Shown here in pieces: positions 47,481 through 56,397 of a DNA stretch of 64,000 bases. Both the position numbers and the translations under genes were made by a program. The DNA is taken from IMG/VR virus record IMGVR_UViG_2873571580_000001. One strand, written 5' to 3'. The first letter of the stretch is position 1; every line of letters starts with the position of its first letter. The notes beneath the pieces were generated by a model. It was given only the letters and a program-made list of their open reading frames with translations. It was not told the DNA's origin and did no database searches. The stretch comes from a virus. Lineage: Duplodnaviria > Caudoviricetes.

Positions 47481-49311
47481 GGAATGACTCCTCACGGGAA
47501 TAGTCAACAAAGGAAAGTGGATAGCGGCGCGACTGCGTCCGGTACTGCATCGAGTCTTTGTCAAACCAGAGCAACTGCGTGTAGTCTTGAAAATCGCCAT
47601 GGCGGTACTTGGAGAGAATCAGCTTTCCGTCCGCCTCCTCTTGCTTTGCGCGCCACCTGGCCATCGCATCGACATCACCCTCTGCAGGCATCGCTTCGTC
47701 CTTCTTGTTGCGCCAGACGGCAAACACGTTGTCGGCGGCGTTGACGATGTCCAGACTCCCCGCGATATCCATCTTGCTCGGCGCTCGCGACTCATCGCGG
47801 TCCTTGCGCGGATGGGCAACCATGTGGACATGCACGCCGTAACCTCGGGCAAATGCGCAAATCTTCTGGACAGCCTGCTTCTGCGCAGACAACGCTCCTT
47901 GCCCGTCCACAGGCACGTCAAGCATCATCAAACTGTCGATGACGAAATGCGTGATCCCGTACCGCCGCGCTGCGTAGGCGAACACTTCAAGCAATCGCCC
48001 CAACTTCGCATTGCCCACGATGTCAAAGACCCATAGGCGTTCACGCAGCCATTCGCCAATGGCGCGGCTGTATTGAGGCGCCGGACGGTCGAGCCCTGAC
48101 GCTTGTTTGTGAATCCGCTTCAAGTGGCGCGCAGCAGTGAGCTCACCCGAGAACACCACAACACGCTGATCCTGTTTCATCAGCCCGAGTAGGACTTGAT
48201 CAAGCAGCAGACTCTTGCCGTGACCGTTCCAACCTGTCCATGCGGTGTATTCGCCCGGATGAAACTCGAACCAGTCCAATGGCTTGTCGAGATAGAGGCA
48301 AGGATGGCGCGGCTTGTCAGCACTCGGCCAAAACTCCGCAATGACAGCTTCGGTATGGTCGTCAGCACTGACGAGTTCCTCCGGGTCCATCGCCTTGGCT
48401 TCATCCACCGCCACGCGGAAATCGTAGGCCTCAGCGCCGTACTGAAGGTACTCGTTCGGGTCCTTCTTCGGCAGCATTACCCGGCGGCAACGCTCCAGCC
48501 CCAGACGACGCATGACCTCAGGCGCACCCTTGTCGCCAGCCTCATCGTGGTCAAAGCAGATCGTGATGTCGCTGAATCGCTCCAACCTATCCCAATCCGT
48601 TTCGATCCACTGGTGATTGCCTGCTCCTTGGTTGATCGACAACGCAGGAATGCCCATCTGATGCAGCGTCATTGCATCGATCTCGCCTTCACAGATCGTC
48701 ACAGCGCGCGCCTTCGGATCGATCAGGTGCCAGCCGAAGAGGCAAGGTGCGGCATCCTTTTCCTGCCGCATATCGCCCTTCTTGTCAGGATTCCGATACT
48801 TCACATTCAGCAGCTTCTGCCCTGTCTCATCCAGGTACGGAAACACTGCATACGTATTGCCGTTCAGGACCTGCTCACCGACTTTGAATGCCTTGAGCGT
48901 TTCTTCGGTAAGACAACGTCCATCCGGCGCAGCGCTTGTGAGCCACTGGTGCACCCGCCCCTTGGGCGTTGAGCAGCGCGGCCTCTCGGGCAAGCGATAT
49001 TTCTTCTCCGGAGGCTTTGGCGTGATCTCGCGTATCCCGAGATAGTCTTTCGCCTCACGCATCGCTTCCGTCAGCGTCAAGCAGCGGCAGGCCATCCAAA
49101 GATCGATGAGGTCACCACCAGCACCCGTTGCGAAGTCACTCCACACGCCCGCTTTGGCACCACCGACACATACCGACAGACTGCCACCCTCTTCACCGCC
49201 AACGCTGCCTGCCGTCCATTCACGGCCCTTGCGCTTACCGTTCGGCAACAGGTGCTGGGCAACGTCTTCTGCACGCTGGGCCAGTCGATCCTTGACCTCG
49301 GAGACATTCAT
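47449..49311 (-). CDS. Primase-helicase (T7 gp4/Twinkle-like)
   Basis: TOPRIM ICEGEIDA and FDHDEAG; SF4 helicase GWNGHGKS, FVIDSLM, VAHPRK. Confidence 0.9.
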   Translation of the reverse strand: MNVSEVKDRLAQRAEDVAQHLLPNGKRKGREWTAGSVGGEEGGSLSVCVGGAKAGVWSDFATGAGGDLIDLWMACRCLTLTEAMREAKDYLGIREITPKPPEKKYRLPERPRCSTPKGRVHQWLTSAAPDGRCLTEETLKAFKVGEQVLNGNTYAVFPYLDETGQKLLNVKYRNPDKKGDMRQEKDAAPCLFGWHLIDPKARAVTICEGEIDAMTLHQMGIPALSINQGAGNHQWIETDWDRLERFSDITICFDHDEAGDKGAPEVMRRLGLERCRRVMLPKKDPNEYLQYGAEAYDFRVAVDEAKAMDPEELVSADDHTEAVIAEFWPSADKPRHPCLYLDKPLDWFEFHPGEYTAWTGWNGHGKSLLLDQVLLGLMKQDQRVVVFSGELTAARHLKRIHKQASGLDRPAPQYSRAIGEWLRERLWVFDIVGNAKLGRLLEVFAYAARRYGITHFVIDSLMMLDVPVDGQGALSAQKQAVQKICAFARGYGVHVHMVAHPRKDRDESRAPSKMDIAGSLDIVNAADNVFAVWRNKKDEAMPAEGDVDAMARWRAKQEEADGKLILSKYRHGDFQDYTQLLWFDKDSMQYRTQSRRYPLSFVDYSREESFHEKLETAFAR

Positions 49312-50234
49312 GCGGCAGCCCCTTCAGGCTGAGCCACGCGCTTGCGATCCCGGAATTCCGTGTAGTTCATCCAGTTGCACTGCGAACCCTCGGCGTCCCA
49401 CTTCGACTCAAAGCCCGCGAGCTTCCACCATTCGGGCGGCAATGCTGCTGCCTTCACCATCAACGGGTCGCTTGGCGAGAGCGCTGCCGAACCTGCCACG
49501 CCGATGGCGGGTTCGTCCTTCCAGCAACCTTTGCTGAGCCAAGTCGCCGGATACGGGATGAACTGACCGCCATCCTTGCGCCATTGCTCGGATCGCGCTT
49601 GTATACCGATTGCAGCGACCATCTCGGACACAAGCTCTGGCGTTGGGTTTCGCTTCGCAAATGCCTTGCGAGCATCGTCCTTGGCGACCTTCCGTGGATA
49701 CGCCGTCCAGAATTCCGCAAACCCATCAGGATCGACTTCGGACTTGCCGCGTCGCCCCCCCTTTGGGGGTTGGGGGGTTTCTTCTTTATTCTTCTCTTTC
49801 TCTTTCTCTTTCTCTAGCTCCACAGACCGGCGGATTTCGTCCTCATCTTGTCCGCCATTTGTCCCACAATTGTCCGTATCGGGTGCGGACATCTTGCGCG
49901 TGTAGCCCTTGCGTTGAGCGTCTGTTGCACGACGCTTTGCGGACGCGCCGTTATGTTCTGTGAAGTTCAGTAGACAAACTCCGTCAGAAGTTTCCGCAAG
50001 CCATCCAATTCCGCACAGTGCTTTACCCAGCCCTTGTACGCCGGTTTTGCGGTCGATCTGACGCAACGTGAGGCCCGGCATGAATCCATCTTCAGTGTGT
50101 TGGTCTGCCGTCGCCCACAGCCAGTAGAGAGCGCCGACCACGGCGGCCTCACTGGTGTCGGTCATCTCCACCAAAGCGGCAACACGCGGGTCGTCCCACA
50201 GATTGCCGCGCATCTTGATCCAGTCGCCTGCCAT
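49308..50234 (-). CDS. Replication initiator
   Basis: MAGDWIKMR N-terminus; F.EFW.AYPRKV.K..A.KAF and PYPATWL C-domain. Confidence 0.85.
   Translation of the reverse strand: MAGDWIKMRGNLWDDPRVAALVEMTDTSEAAVVGALYWLWATADQHTEDGFMPGLTLRQIDRKTGVQGLGKALCGIGWLAETSDGVCLLNFTEHNGASAKRRATDAQRKGYTRKMSAPDTDNCGTNGGQDEDEIRRSVELEKEKEKEKNKEETPQPPKGGRRGKSEVDPDGFAEFWTAYPRKVAKDDARKAFAKRNPTPELVSEMVAAIGIQARSEQWRKDGGQFIPYPATWLSKGCWKDEPAIGVAGSAALSPSDPLMVKAAALPPEWWKLAGFESKWDAEGSQCNWMNYTEFRDRKRVAQPEGAAA
49837..49875. repeat. Iteron-like T(T/C)GTCC repeats (putative origin of prophage B)
   Basis: Copies at 49837, 49848, 49859, 49870 (11-bp period), next to an A/G-rich tract. Confidence 0.6.
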
Positions 50235-50239
50235 GAGGT

Positions 50240-50593
50240 TCAGCCCTCCTGAATTTCACCGCGAGCAACTGCCGCGTCGTAGTCACGCTCGGCATGCTCA
50301 CACTTCAAGTTGAATGCGCGCTCGTCCTCTTCGGCATCTGGCAACGCCTGCTCCAATGCGTAAATCAACTTGCGCACATTGGCGCAGGGAACAATAAGGA
50401 ACTGAAGCTGCTTGTCGGCAAAGTCTTGGCTCATCACGACGACACTGCCCTCATCGCCGCCAACATAGACGGCGAGCTTGTCGTACTCGTGATCTACGAC
50501 CATGAGACCTTCGGCGCGCATCTCGTCCCAAGACGGTCCAGCGATCTCTGTGGTCTCGCTGTCAATGGGTTGATTGTTTTCAGTCATGCTCAC
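50240..50593 (-). CDS. Acidic hypothetical protein
   Basis: 117-aa ORF upstream of initiator. Confidence 0.55.
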   Translation of the reverse strand: MSMTENNQPIDSETTEIAGPSWDEMRAEGLMVVDHEYDKLAVYVGGDEGSVVVMSQDFADKQLQFLIVPCANVRKLIYALEQALPDAEEDERAFNLKCEHAERDYDAAVARGEIQEG

Positions 50594-50817
50594 CTTTCAT
50601 GCACCACTTGTGAAATAGGCGCCAACGGCCGGCAGGTGGTGTTTCTGCGTTGCGGGAGCTACCCTGGCCGTCGGCAAAACTGTTCAGCCCGCAGGCTGGG
50701 TCTCGTCGTATTCCTCGCGCCACTTCGCCTGCTCCAACTGCTCACGCAACGATGCGGCAATGCGCTCTGCTTCTTCCAGCTCTTGCTGGAGTTGTGCGGC
50801 GGTTTTCTCGGGCGCTG

Positions 50818-51351
50818 TCACGCAGGCACCTCATTGCGCATGGAGCGCACGGGCAACGTGACCATGTCGCGCTCGGTGCGCGGCTTCCCTGCCGCATTCA
50901 CCGCCTGAGCGGCGCGGCGCAGCTTGCGAAGGGCCTCTTCGGCTTCACTGATCTCGCGCTCGATCACTGCAAGCTCGTTGTCGCTGACCACGCCGTCAGA
51001 CATGGCCTCGATGACCACCGAAGTCACATCACCGGTTTCACGCACGAGCGAGGTGATGCGTCGGACTGGATCTGCGCATGCGATCAACGCCTCGTCGTGA
51101 AGAACGAAGCGCCCACCACACTCTTCTGCAATGTGAGAGGCGTAGTCGTAGCAATGAGGGGTCTGCGCCTGGCAGCAGGCAACAGCCGCCGCGAGAGCAT
51201 CAACAGCCCCGAGCTTGTGATGCGCACTGCCCTGAAGCTCCTTGCGAAACACCTCGTCGGATTTGTCGACACACAGACGGGCAAGCAGCGTCTTGCGCCC
51301 ACCCAAGTAGTTGGTAATGCCGCGCGTCAGCGCATCGAGCAAAGCACTCAT
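50818..51351 (-). CDS. CII-like regulatory protein
   Basis: Between cro and replication genes; ELQG...HKLG..DA motif. Confidence 0.6.
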   Translation of the reverse strand: MSALLDALTRGITNYLGGRKTLLARLCVDKSDEVFRKELQGSAHHKLGAVDALAAAVACCQAQTPHCYDYASHIAEECGGRFVLHDEALIACADPVRRITSLVRETGDVTSVVIEAMSDGVVSDNELAVIEREISEAEEALRKLRRAAQAVNAAGKPRTERDMVTLPVRSMRNEVPA

Positions 51352-51632
51352 GTCCGGTTCTCCGAAATCTGGACGTGGACGCTGCGAGCCGCTTGCCCGA
51401 GGATTGCATCCATGAATACGAAACACAGCCCCATAGCCCGCAACACCAGCCGCGCCATCCACAGCAGCGTCAGGACCAGCGTTACCAGCAACGTCGATGC
51501 GGCAGGCGCGACACGTCGACGAATGCAAACAAGCAGCTTGGAAATGGCTTGGGTCGGGGATGGGCTTGCGATCAGGTTCCGCTCAACATCAGTTGAGCTG
51601 GGCGCGAAGGGGCGGAGATGAGCGGCCATTGC

Positions 51633-51887
51633 TCAGGCCTCCTGTTGTTTGGGTTGGTTGGTGGCGCGGACTTCGCGCTGGAACTGGGCGCGATCAGTGA
51701 GCGGGATGTCATCGAGGCTCAGACGGCCATTGCTCACGGCCACCATTGCGTCAGCCAATCCAAGCTCAACGCGCTTCGAATCTGTGTATGCAAGCTGATG
51801 GCAGAGGCCGGTGGTTGTCCCCGCCTGAGCGGCGAAGTCGGCGCGGTCGGCAACAGCCAATGAGAGGTAATAGGTCTTGAACGACAT
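51633..51887 (-). CDS. cro: Cro-like repressor
   Basis: 84-aa HTH-like protein divergent from cI. Confidence 0.75.
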   Translation of the reverse strand: MSFKTYYLSLAVADRADFAAQAGTTTGLCHQLAYTDSKRVELGLADAMVAVSNGRLSLDDIPLTDRAQFQREVRATNQPKQQEA

Positions 51888-51896
51888 ACCCAACAC

Positions 51897-51966
51897 AATA
51901 CCTAAAGGTATTGAAAAATACAATACCCAAAGAACCATTTACACAAAAATACCTCAAGGTAACAAT
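51897..51966. promoter_or_regulatory. OR operators with PR and PRM
   Basis: Palindrome AATACCT-AA-AGGTATT (51897-51912) plus degenerate copies near 51922 and 51949; minus TTGTAT-17-TATTGT before cro; plus TTTACA-17-AACAAT before cI. Confidence 0.8.
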
Positions 51967-51972
51967 CTGCTG

Positions 51973-52692
51973 ATGGATGACTACGAACGACAGCAGGCGC
52001 TGCTTGCGAAGATCAGAACCCGCTTCTGTGGTGGTGTTGCGTCACGTCTTGCCGCAGCAATAGGCAAAGATCCGAGCTATGTGAATAGGCTGTTCTATCC
52101 GCGAGAAAAGAAGGGCGCGAAAGGAATCGGGCCGGAAATTCAGTTGGCGACCAAAAACGTCTTTGATCTACCTCGCGGCTTCTGGGATATGCACCCAGAT
52201 GAGGTATGGCCGGACGAGCCGAGTGGCGTCGTCATTCACGGAGACTTTGGAGCAAAGAAAAGTGCGCTCCCATTGAGAATTACACAATACAAGACAGGGG
52301 GTGCGATGGGTGATGGGCTGGTGCTCAGGGAACAACCGGGCGTGATTCAAGGGTGGGATGTGTCGCCGGAGTGGGTCCAAAAGAACCTGCCCTATCACAC
52401 AAGCTTTGAAAATTTGAGCATCGTGACGGGCTTTGGGGACTCGATGCTAGGCATGTTCCATCCCGGCGATCCGCTGTTGATCGACCACGGCATCAATATC
52501 TGCGACGTGGATGGCGTCTACTTCTTCCGCGTAGATGGAGAGGGCTTCATCAAGCGACTCCAGCGGATTCCTGGCGAAGGGATTCTGGTGATTTCCGAGA
52601 ACCAGAAATACCGCGACTGGACAATCAAACCATCAATGGATTTCGCGGTTCTGGGGAAAGTCTTGCAAGTCTGGAAGAGCGAAAAACTCTAA
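51973..52692 (+). CDS. cI: CI repressor (HTH + S24 peptidase)
   Basis: N-terminal HTH, GDSM serine, FIKRLQ lysine; near-leaderless start after PRM. Confidence 0.9.
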   Translation: MDDYERQQALLAKIRTRFCGGVASRLAAAIGKDPSYVNRLFYPREKKGAKGIGPEIQLATKNVFDLPRGFWDMHPDEVWPDEPSGVVIHGDFGAKKSALPLRITQYKTGGAMGDGLVLREQPGVIQGWDVSPEWVQKNLPYHTSFENLSIVTGFGDSMLGMFHPGDPLLIDHGINICDVDGVYFFRVDGEGFIKRLQRIPGEGILVISENQKYRDWTIKPSMDFAVLGKVLQVWKSEKL

Positions 52693-52793
52693 CCAACCAA
52701 AGGAGGAGAAGATGACGAGACTTCTTCGCTCCATCTGGAGATGGATGTAACCCCATCCGAGACACCATTTAATCGAATCGAAGGTAGGCAGAA

Positions 52794-53018
52794 ATGTACG
52801 AGTACACCTTGAGAGAACAAGCCTTGAGGCAGGTGCTTGGATGCATCTTTGAGGAGCATCCAAACAGGCCGCAGGCCCTCGCTCAGATAGATGGATTGAT
52901 CTCCCAGATGATGCGCACTGATGGGGTTGTCCATGCATCTCTCCTGCATGAAATAGAAGTCCTTCGCGCCGAACTGGGATGGACCGGGGCAACTGTTCCT
53001 GCTTCATTGCGAGAGTGA
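52794..53018 (+). CDS. Small hypothetical downstream of cI
   Basis: 74-aa ORF in the rex-equivalent position. Confidence 0.5.
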   Translation: MYEYTLREQALRQVLGCIFEEHPNRPQALAQIDGLISQMMRTDGVVHASLLHEIEVLRAELGWTGATVPASLRE

Positions 53019-53487
53019 ATTCGGCTTGCTTACTTGACTCACTGCTGTTCAGGCGTGAATGAGCAACGACGACGAAGCCACCCAAGGCCCAGCACTCAAG
53101 AAACCGAAGCAGCACGCGTAATCCCATCTGAAGTGCTGTTTGGGGACCTGGACGCAACGAAGCCACCCTTAAGATGGCTTTTTTATTTGCGGGTCAGATC
53201 GGCAAGTGCGACCGGTAACGATGGTTGACTTTGCCGATCCATCAGTGGCGGGCACAATTTGCCCATGGTTCCAGCAACACATTTCCAAGAGTATGTGGGC
53301 ACCCTCAGTGAAGATGATTTTGCGCTTTACTTGGAGTCGTTGCCCTCACCGCATCTGACCGAGCATGATGTCCTTTCGCTTGGAGAGGCCATAGTAATGA
53401 TTTTTGAGCCCCCATCGCCGCGGAAGCAAGAGCGGTCAATCATGGCAATTTGCGACTGAAATGAGGTTCTTGTCTACCGAGCTGCAA

Positions 53488-53905
53488 CATGCGCTGGTGT
53501 ATAGATGAAAACACACTCTCCTGCGCGGAGGGGGCTTTTTGGGCAAGCACGGTTTAAGGTCACTTAAAAGCCTACGGTGGGCGCAGGCGATTCATCCTGA
53601 TCCGCAGCCATAGACCGGAGGCCTATATGCCCTCTCCCCTATTCCTGCTCCGAGACTTTCCTTCTGGGAAGTCACCAAGAGCATGCTGTTCGCCACCGCT
53701 AGCAATCCACCACCGCAGAGACAAGAGAAGAAAACCCCGCCCGACAAAAGGAAGAAGAGGAGAAGCAGCAGCAAATCACTGGTCGAAACACCAGCACTAA
53801 GCATGATGTGACCTGATTTGCAACGGCAGCAGACGGGAAGCCATCGTTCGCGGTGGATTTTCTATTTGCAGTGCTGTAGCATGCGCTAGGGTATAGATGA
53901 AAACA
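53488..53905 (+). repeat. 26-bp direct repeats, each followed by a hairpin and T tract
   Basis: CATGCGCT(G/A)G(T/G)GTATAGATGAAAACA at 53488 and 53880 (24/26 identical). Confidence 0.8.
53627..53800 (+). CDS. Possible 57-aa mini-protein
   Basis: Preceded by ATAGACCGGAGGCCTAT, the same leader as 54468. Confidence 0.35.
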   Translation: MPSPLFLLRDFPSGKSPRACCSPPLAIHHRRDKRRKPRPTKGRRGEAAANHWSKHQH

Positions 53906-54074
53906 TGCCCTCCTGTGCCACCCTTCGGGGTGGCTTTTTTTCGCCTATTCATGCAAACCCTATCCGCATTTCAGGGGATGGCGCTAGTTCGCTGGTTGGC
54001 AGACACTAACAACAATGATCAATATTTTTAACAATTCTTGATCAGAGTTTTGCCAAATAGCTTCAGGAGGGGTC

Positions 54075-54374
54075 ATGTCCAAATTGCAATCCCTTGTTGA
54101 TCATCCGATCAACGCAGCACCGCCAGGACTCGCGTTTTGTTGGGCGCAAGAACTGCAATGCTCCAAGATGTTGGGTCATCCTCGCATTGACTGGAACAGC
54201 GCCCCTTCTCGCGCACATTGGTGGGCCATGGATGCAAATGGCGAAGCCCATTGGTTTGTTGATCCGCGAGTATCCGCGTTTGAGACATGTTGGCGATTCG
54301 AGGTTGCAGCAGCTCCAAATTTCGGATTTGTGGGTGACTATAGGCAGTCGTTGACTGAACGACCATCCAAGTAA
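54075..54374 (+). CDS. Small hypothetical protein
   Basis: AGGAGG RBS; DW..AP..A.WWA.D.NG.AHW motif. Confidence 0.65.
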   Translation: MSKLQSLVDHPINAAPPGLAFCWAQELQCSKMLGHPRIDWNSAPSRAHWWAMDANGEAHWFVDPRVSAFETCWRFEVAAAPNFGFVGDYRQSLTERPSK

Positions 54375-54467
54375 GTCTTTGTGCCATCCCCCCAGCAGGG
54401 GAACAATAGAGAGTAGTGTTATCGAAGGCGACCTATACCAGTTCGTCACAATAGACCGGAGGTCTAT

Positions 54468-54617
54468 ATGTTCACACACGATTTCTATGAGCGCTACTTA
54501 GCATTTTGGCGCGACATGTGGGCGACGCTTTGGATACCACTCAATCAGCTGGCACCGCACCCTGTAGATCAAGCTGATGCCGCGAGCAAAGAGCCGCAAG
54601 ACAAGCCTCAGAAATAG
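54468..54617 (+). CDS. 49-aa mini-protein (not in ORF track)
   Basis: GGAGG RBS, MFTHDFYERYLAFWRDMWATLWIPLNQ..., followed by CCCGCCGCGAGCGGG-T tract terminator. Confidence 0.55.
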   Translation: MFTHDFYERYLAFWRDMWATLWIPLNQLAPHPVDQADAASKEPQDKPQK

Positions 54618-54704
54618 ACCCCGCCAAGAATCAACACTCCACCCGCCGCGAGCGGGTTTTTTGTTGCCTGTCGAATACGAGGATACCCGAAGAATTGTAA
54701 CAAC

Positions 54705-54747
54705 ATGACCTTTAGGTATTGATAAAATAGATACCTAAAGGTATATT
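54705..54747 (+). promoter_or_regulatory. OL operators and PL-like early promoter
   Basis: ATACCTAAAGGTAT (54731-54744) and ACCTTTAGGTATT (54708-54720) match OR; TTGATA-17-TATATT. Confidence 0.8.
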
Positions 54748-55100
54748 TCATCCATCGCAGCAAACAAAGCAAAACGACCTCAGCAAGCGATACGAAGCCG
54801 ACAGCCAACAGGATGCAAAGGCGGGTCTAGCTTCAACGGGAGCGCAGCAGATGTTTGTACGCGGTGGGCATCAAGTGATCGAGCCGACTGCCCTACGGTC
54901 ATTAAAAACGTACTCAGGCCGATGTTGCTCACTCCGCCCGTGGAGTGTTCGTCCGGCCAAGCATCTGCAGGCATGGCTGCAGCTCTGCGACGGTGCCCAA
55001 CCGTGACCAGCAAAGTCGAATTGGTGAGGCAAACAGGGTTGCCAAGAACAAAAAATCCCAGCGTGCAAACGCCGCCAGCCCTTGGGCGAGATCAGGGGCA

Positions 55101-55138
55101 AAACAAAAGGCGCTTCACACGAGACGCCTTTTGTTTTT
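55101..55138 (+). terminator. Intrinsic terminator just before the RAMP-like gene
   Basis: AAACAAAAGGCG / CGCCTTTTGTTT stem with T tail. Confidence 0.7.
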
Positions 55139-55151
55139 CAAGGAGCAAGCA

Positions 55152-55721
55152 ATGGAGCAACTGAGGCTCAAGATCACTGGCACCGCACCACTGTTGATGC
55201 ACGCTGACACGCTGGCCAATCCGCTCAGTGTCGCGGCCAAAGCGCACAAGGAGTTGACTGCCAAGCGCAAGAAAACAGACGCTGACCATCTGGACATCGC
55301 ACGGTCGGAATTCCTCGCCGGCTGCTACTGGAGCGCGGAGGATGGTATCTATGTCCCGGGTCAGAATTTCGATGCCGCCTTTTGCGCTGGCGCGAAGCTG
55401 CAAAAGCTGGGCACGCACTGGAAACGTGGGGCTTTCGTGCTCGAGGATCGCGTCAAGCTACTGCACGATGGACCTGACACTCCCGATGCGCTATGGAACG
55501 AGCCCGCCTTTGTGGATTGTCGCGGGGTGAAGGTGGGCCAAGCCAAGGTGATGCGCTACCGACCGATCTTTTTGAACTGGGCGGCAGAGGTGATGCTGAC
55601 CATTAACCCTGAGGTGCTGAGTGTGCGAGAAGCACAGAAGGCTGTCAGTGACGCGGGTGCACTGATCGGTGTTGGGACTTACCGCCCGCGGTTCGGCCGT
55701 TTTGAGGTGAACTATGTCTGA
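55152..55721 (+). CDS. RAMP/Cas7-like protein (Vipr-like RNA-binding filament candidate)
   Basis: AAGGAG RBS; LKITGTAPLLMH, IYVPGQNFDAAF (cf. Csm3/Cas7 IPGSSLKGA) and C-terminal Gly loop AGALIGVGTYRPRFGRFEV; no cas genes nearby. Confidence 0.75.
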   Translation: MEQLRLKITGTAPLLMHADTLANPLSVAAKAHKELTAKRKKTDADHLDIARSEFLAGCYWSAEDGIYVPGQNFDAAFCAGAKLQKLGTHWKRGAFVLEDRVKLLHDGPDTPDALWNEPAFVDCRGVKVGQAKVMRYRPIFLNWAAEVMLTINPEVLSVREAQKAVSDAGALIGVGTYRPRFGRFEVNYV

Positions 55722-56166
55722 TGTCGTACTGCACCCAGCATGGAGGCAAGCTGTGCACGATTTTCTTGCCGAATTTAAGTATGGCGACATCGTTCCGCAT
55801 AGCTGGCTGGTAGCTCACTTTGGGCTGCCTCTGCCGGACGACACAATGTCTGCCGCTTCGTTCCAGGCCAGACAGTTTGAGTGGCTATCAAGCATCGAAG
55901 GCTTCAAGTCCACGCTGCTGCACGACCATCAGGTGCTATTGCAGTCCGTGCGCGGCGAAGGTTATCGCTGGGTTCCTCCCCCTGAGCAAACCCAGGCAGC
56001 CACGAAGGAGTTTGAGCGCGACGCGCGCAAGGCATTTCGCACCGCAGGCAATCGGCTCAAGAACATCCGGCACTTGGAGCTGACCGAGGATCAGCGGCGC
56101 ACGAATGTCGACGCGCTGGCAAGGCTTTCTCAGCTTCGTGGGACCACCCGCGCACTCCTCCGCTGA
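55714..56166 (+). CDS. Accessory protein, probable winged-helix
   Basis: Overlaps RAMP-like stop; LQSVRGEGYRW wing motif then basic helix; directly precedes the array. Confidence 0.6.
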   Translation: MSDVVLHPAWRQAVHDFLAEFKYGDIVPHSWLVAHFGLPLPDDTMSAASFQARQFEWLSSIEGFKSTLLHDHQVLLQSVRGEGYRWVPPPEQTQAATKEFERDARKAFRTAGNRLKNIRHLELTEDQRRTNVDALARLSQLRGTTRALLR

Positions 56167-56173
56167 CGTAGCT

Positions 56174-56397
56174 GCAAGCTCATTGTGAAGTGAGCTTGCG
56201 GATGCGAAAGCATCTTTGGCCGGGCATGGCGCAGTTAGGCAGTGTTTGGCAGGGCAGAGCCAGCCGCGGCAGTGCGCTGCTTGGCTTGGCATGGCAAGGG
56301 CTGAAAACAGCGGCCATCGTCTTCGAAAGAGGGGGATGGTCAGTGGGGTCAGCAATCATCAACCACCGGCCCGGCTTTTGCGCGGGCCTTTTCTTTG
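56174..56397 (+). ncRNA. Putative guide RNA with 17 GGY-NN pentamer units (vrRNA-like)
   Basis: Hairpins 56174-56199 and 56201-56214 (GAAA loop), period-5 array 56218-56302, further hairpins, terminator GGCCCG...CGGGCC-TTTTCTTT at about 56368-56397. Confidence 0.75.
56218..56302 (+). repeat. Period-5 array (NGY)-NN x17
   Basis: ggc cg|ggc at|ggc gc|agt ta|ggc ag|tgt tt|ggc ag|ggc ag|agc ca|gcc gc|ggc ag|tgc gc|tgc tt|ggc tt|ggc at|ggc aa|ggg ct. Confidence 0.95.

Noticed and set aside
49790-49816. (TTTCTC)n tract
   Set aside because: Encodes the EKEKEK linker common in phage initiators.
56218-56302. CRISPR array or simple microsatellite
   Set aside because: No 23-47 bp repeats with spacers; varying NN in fixed phase does not fit slippage-generated repeats.
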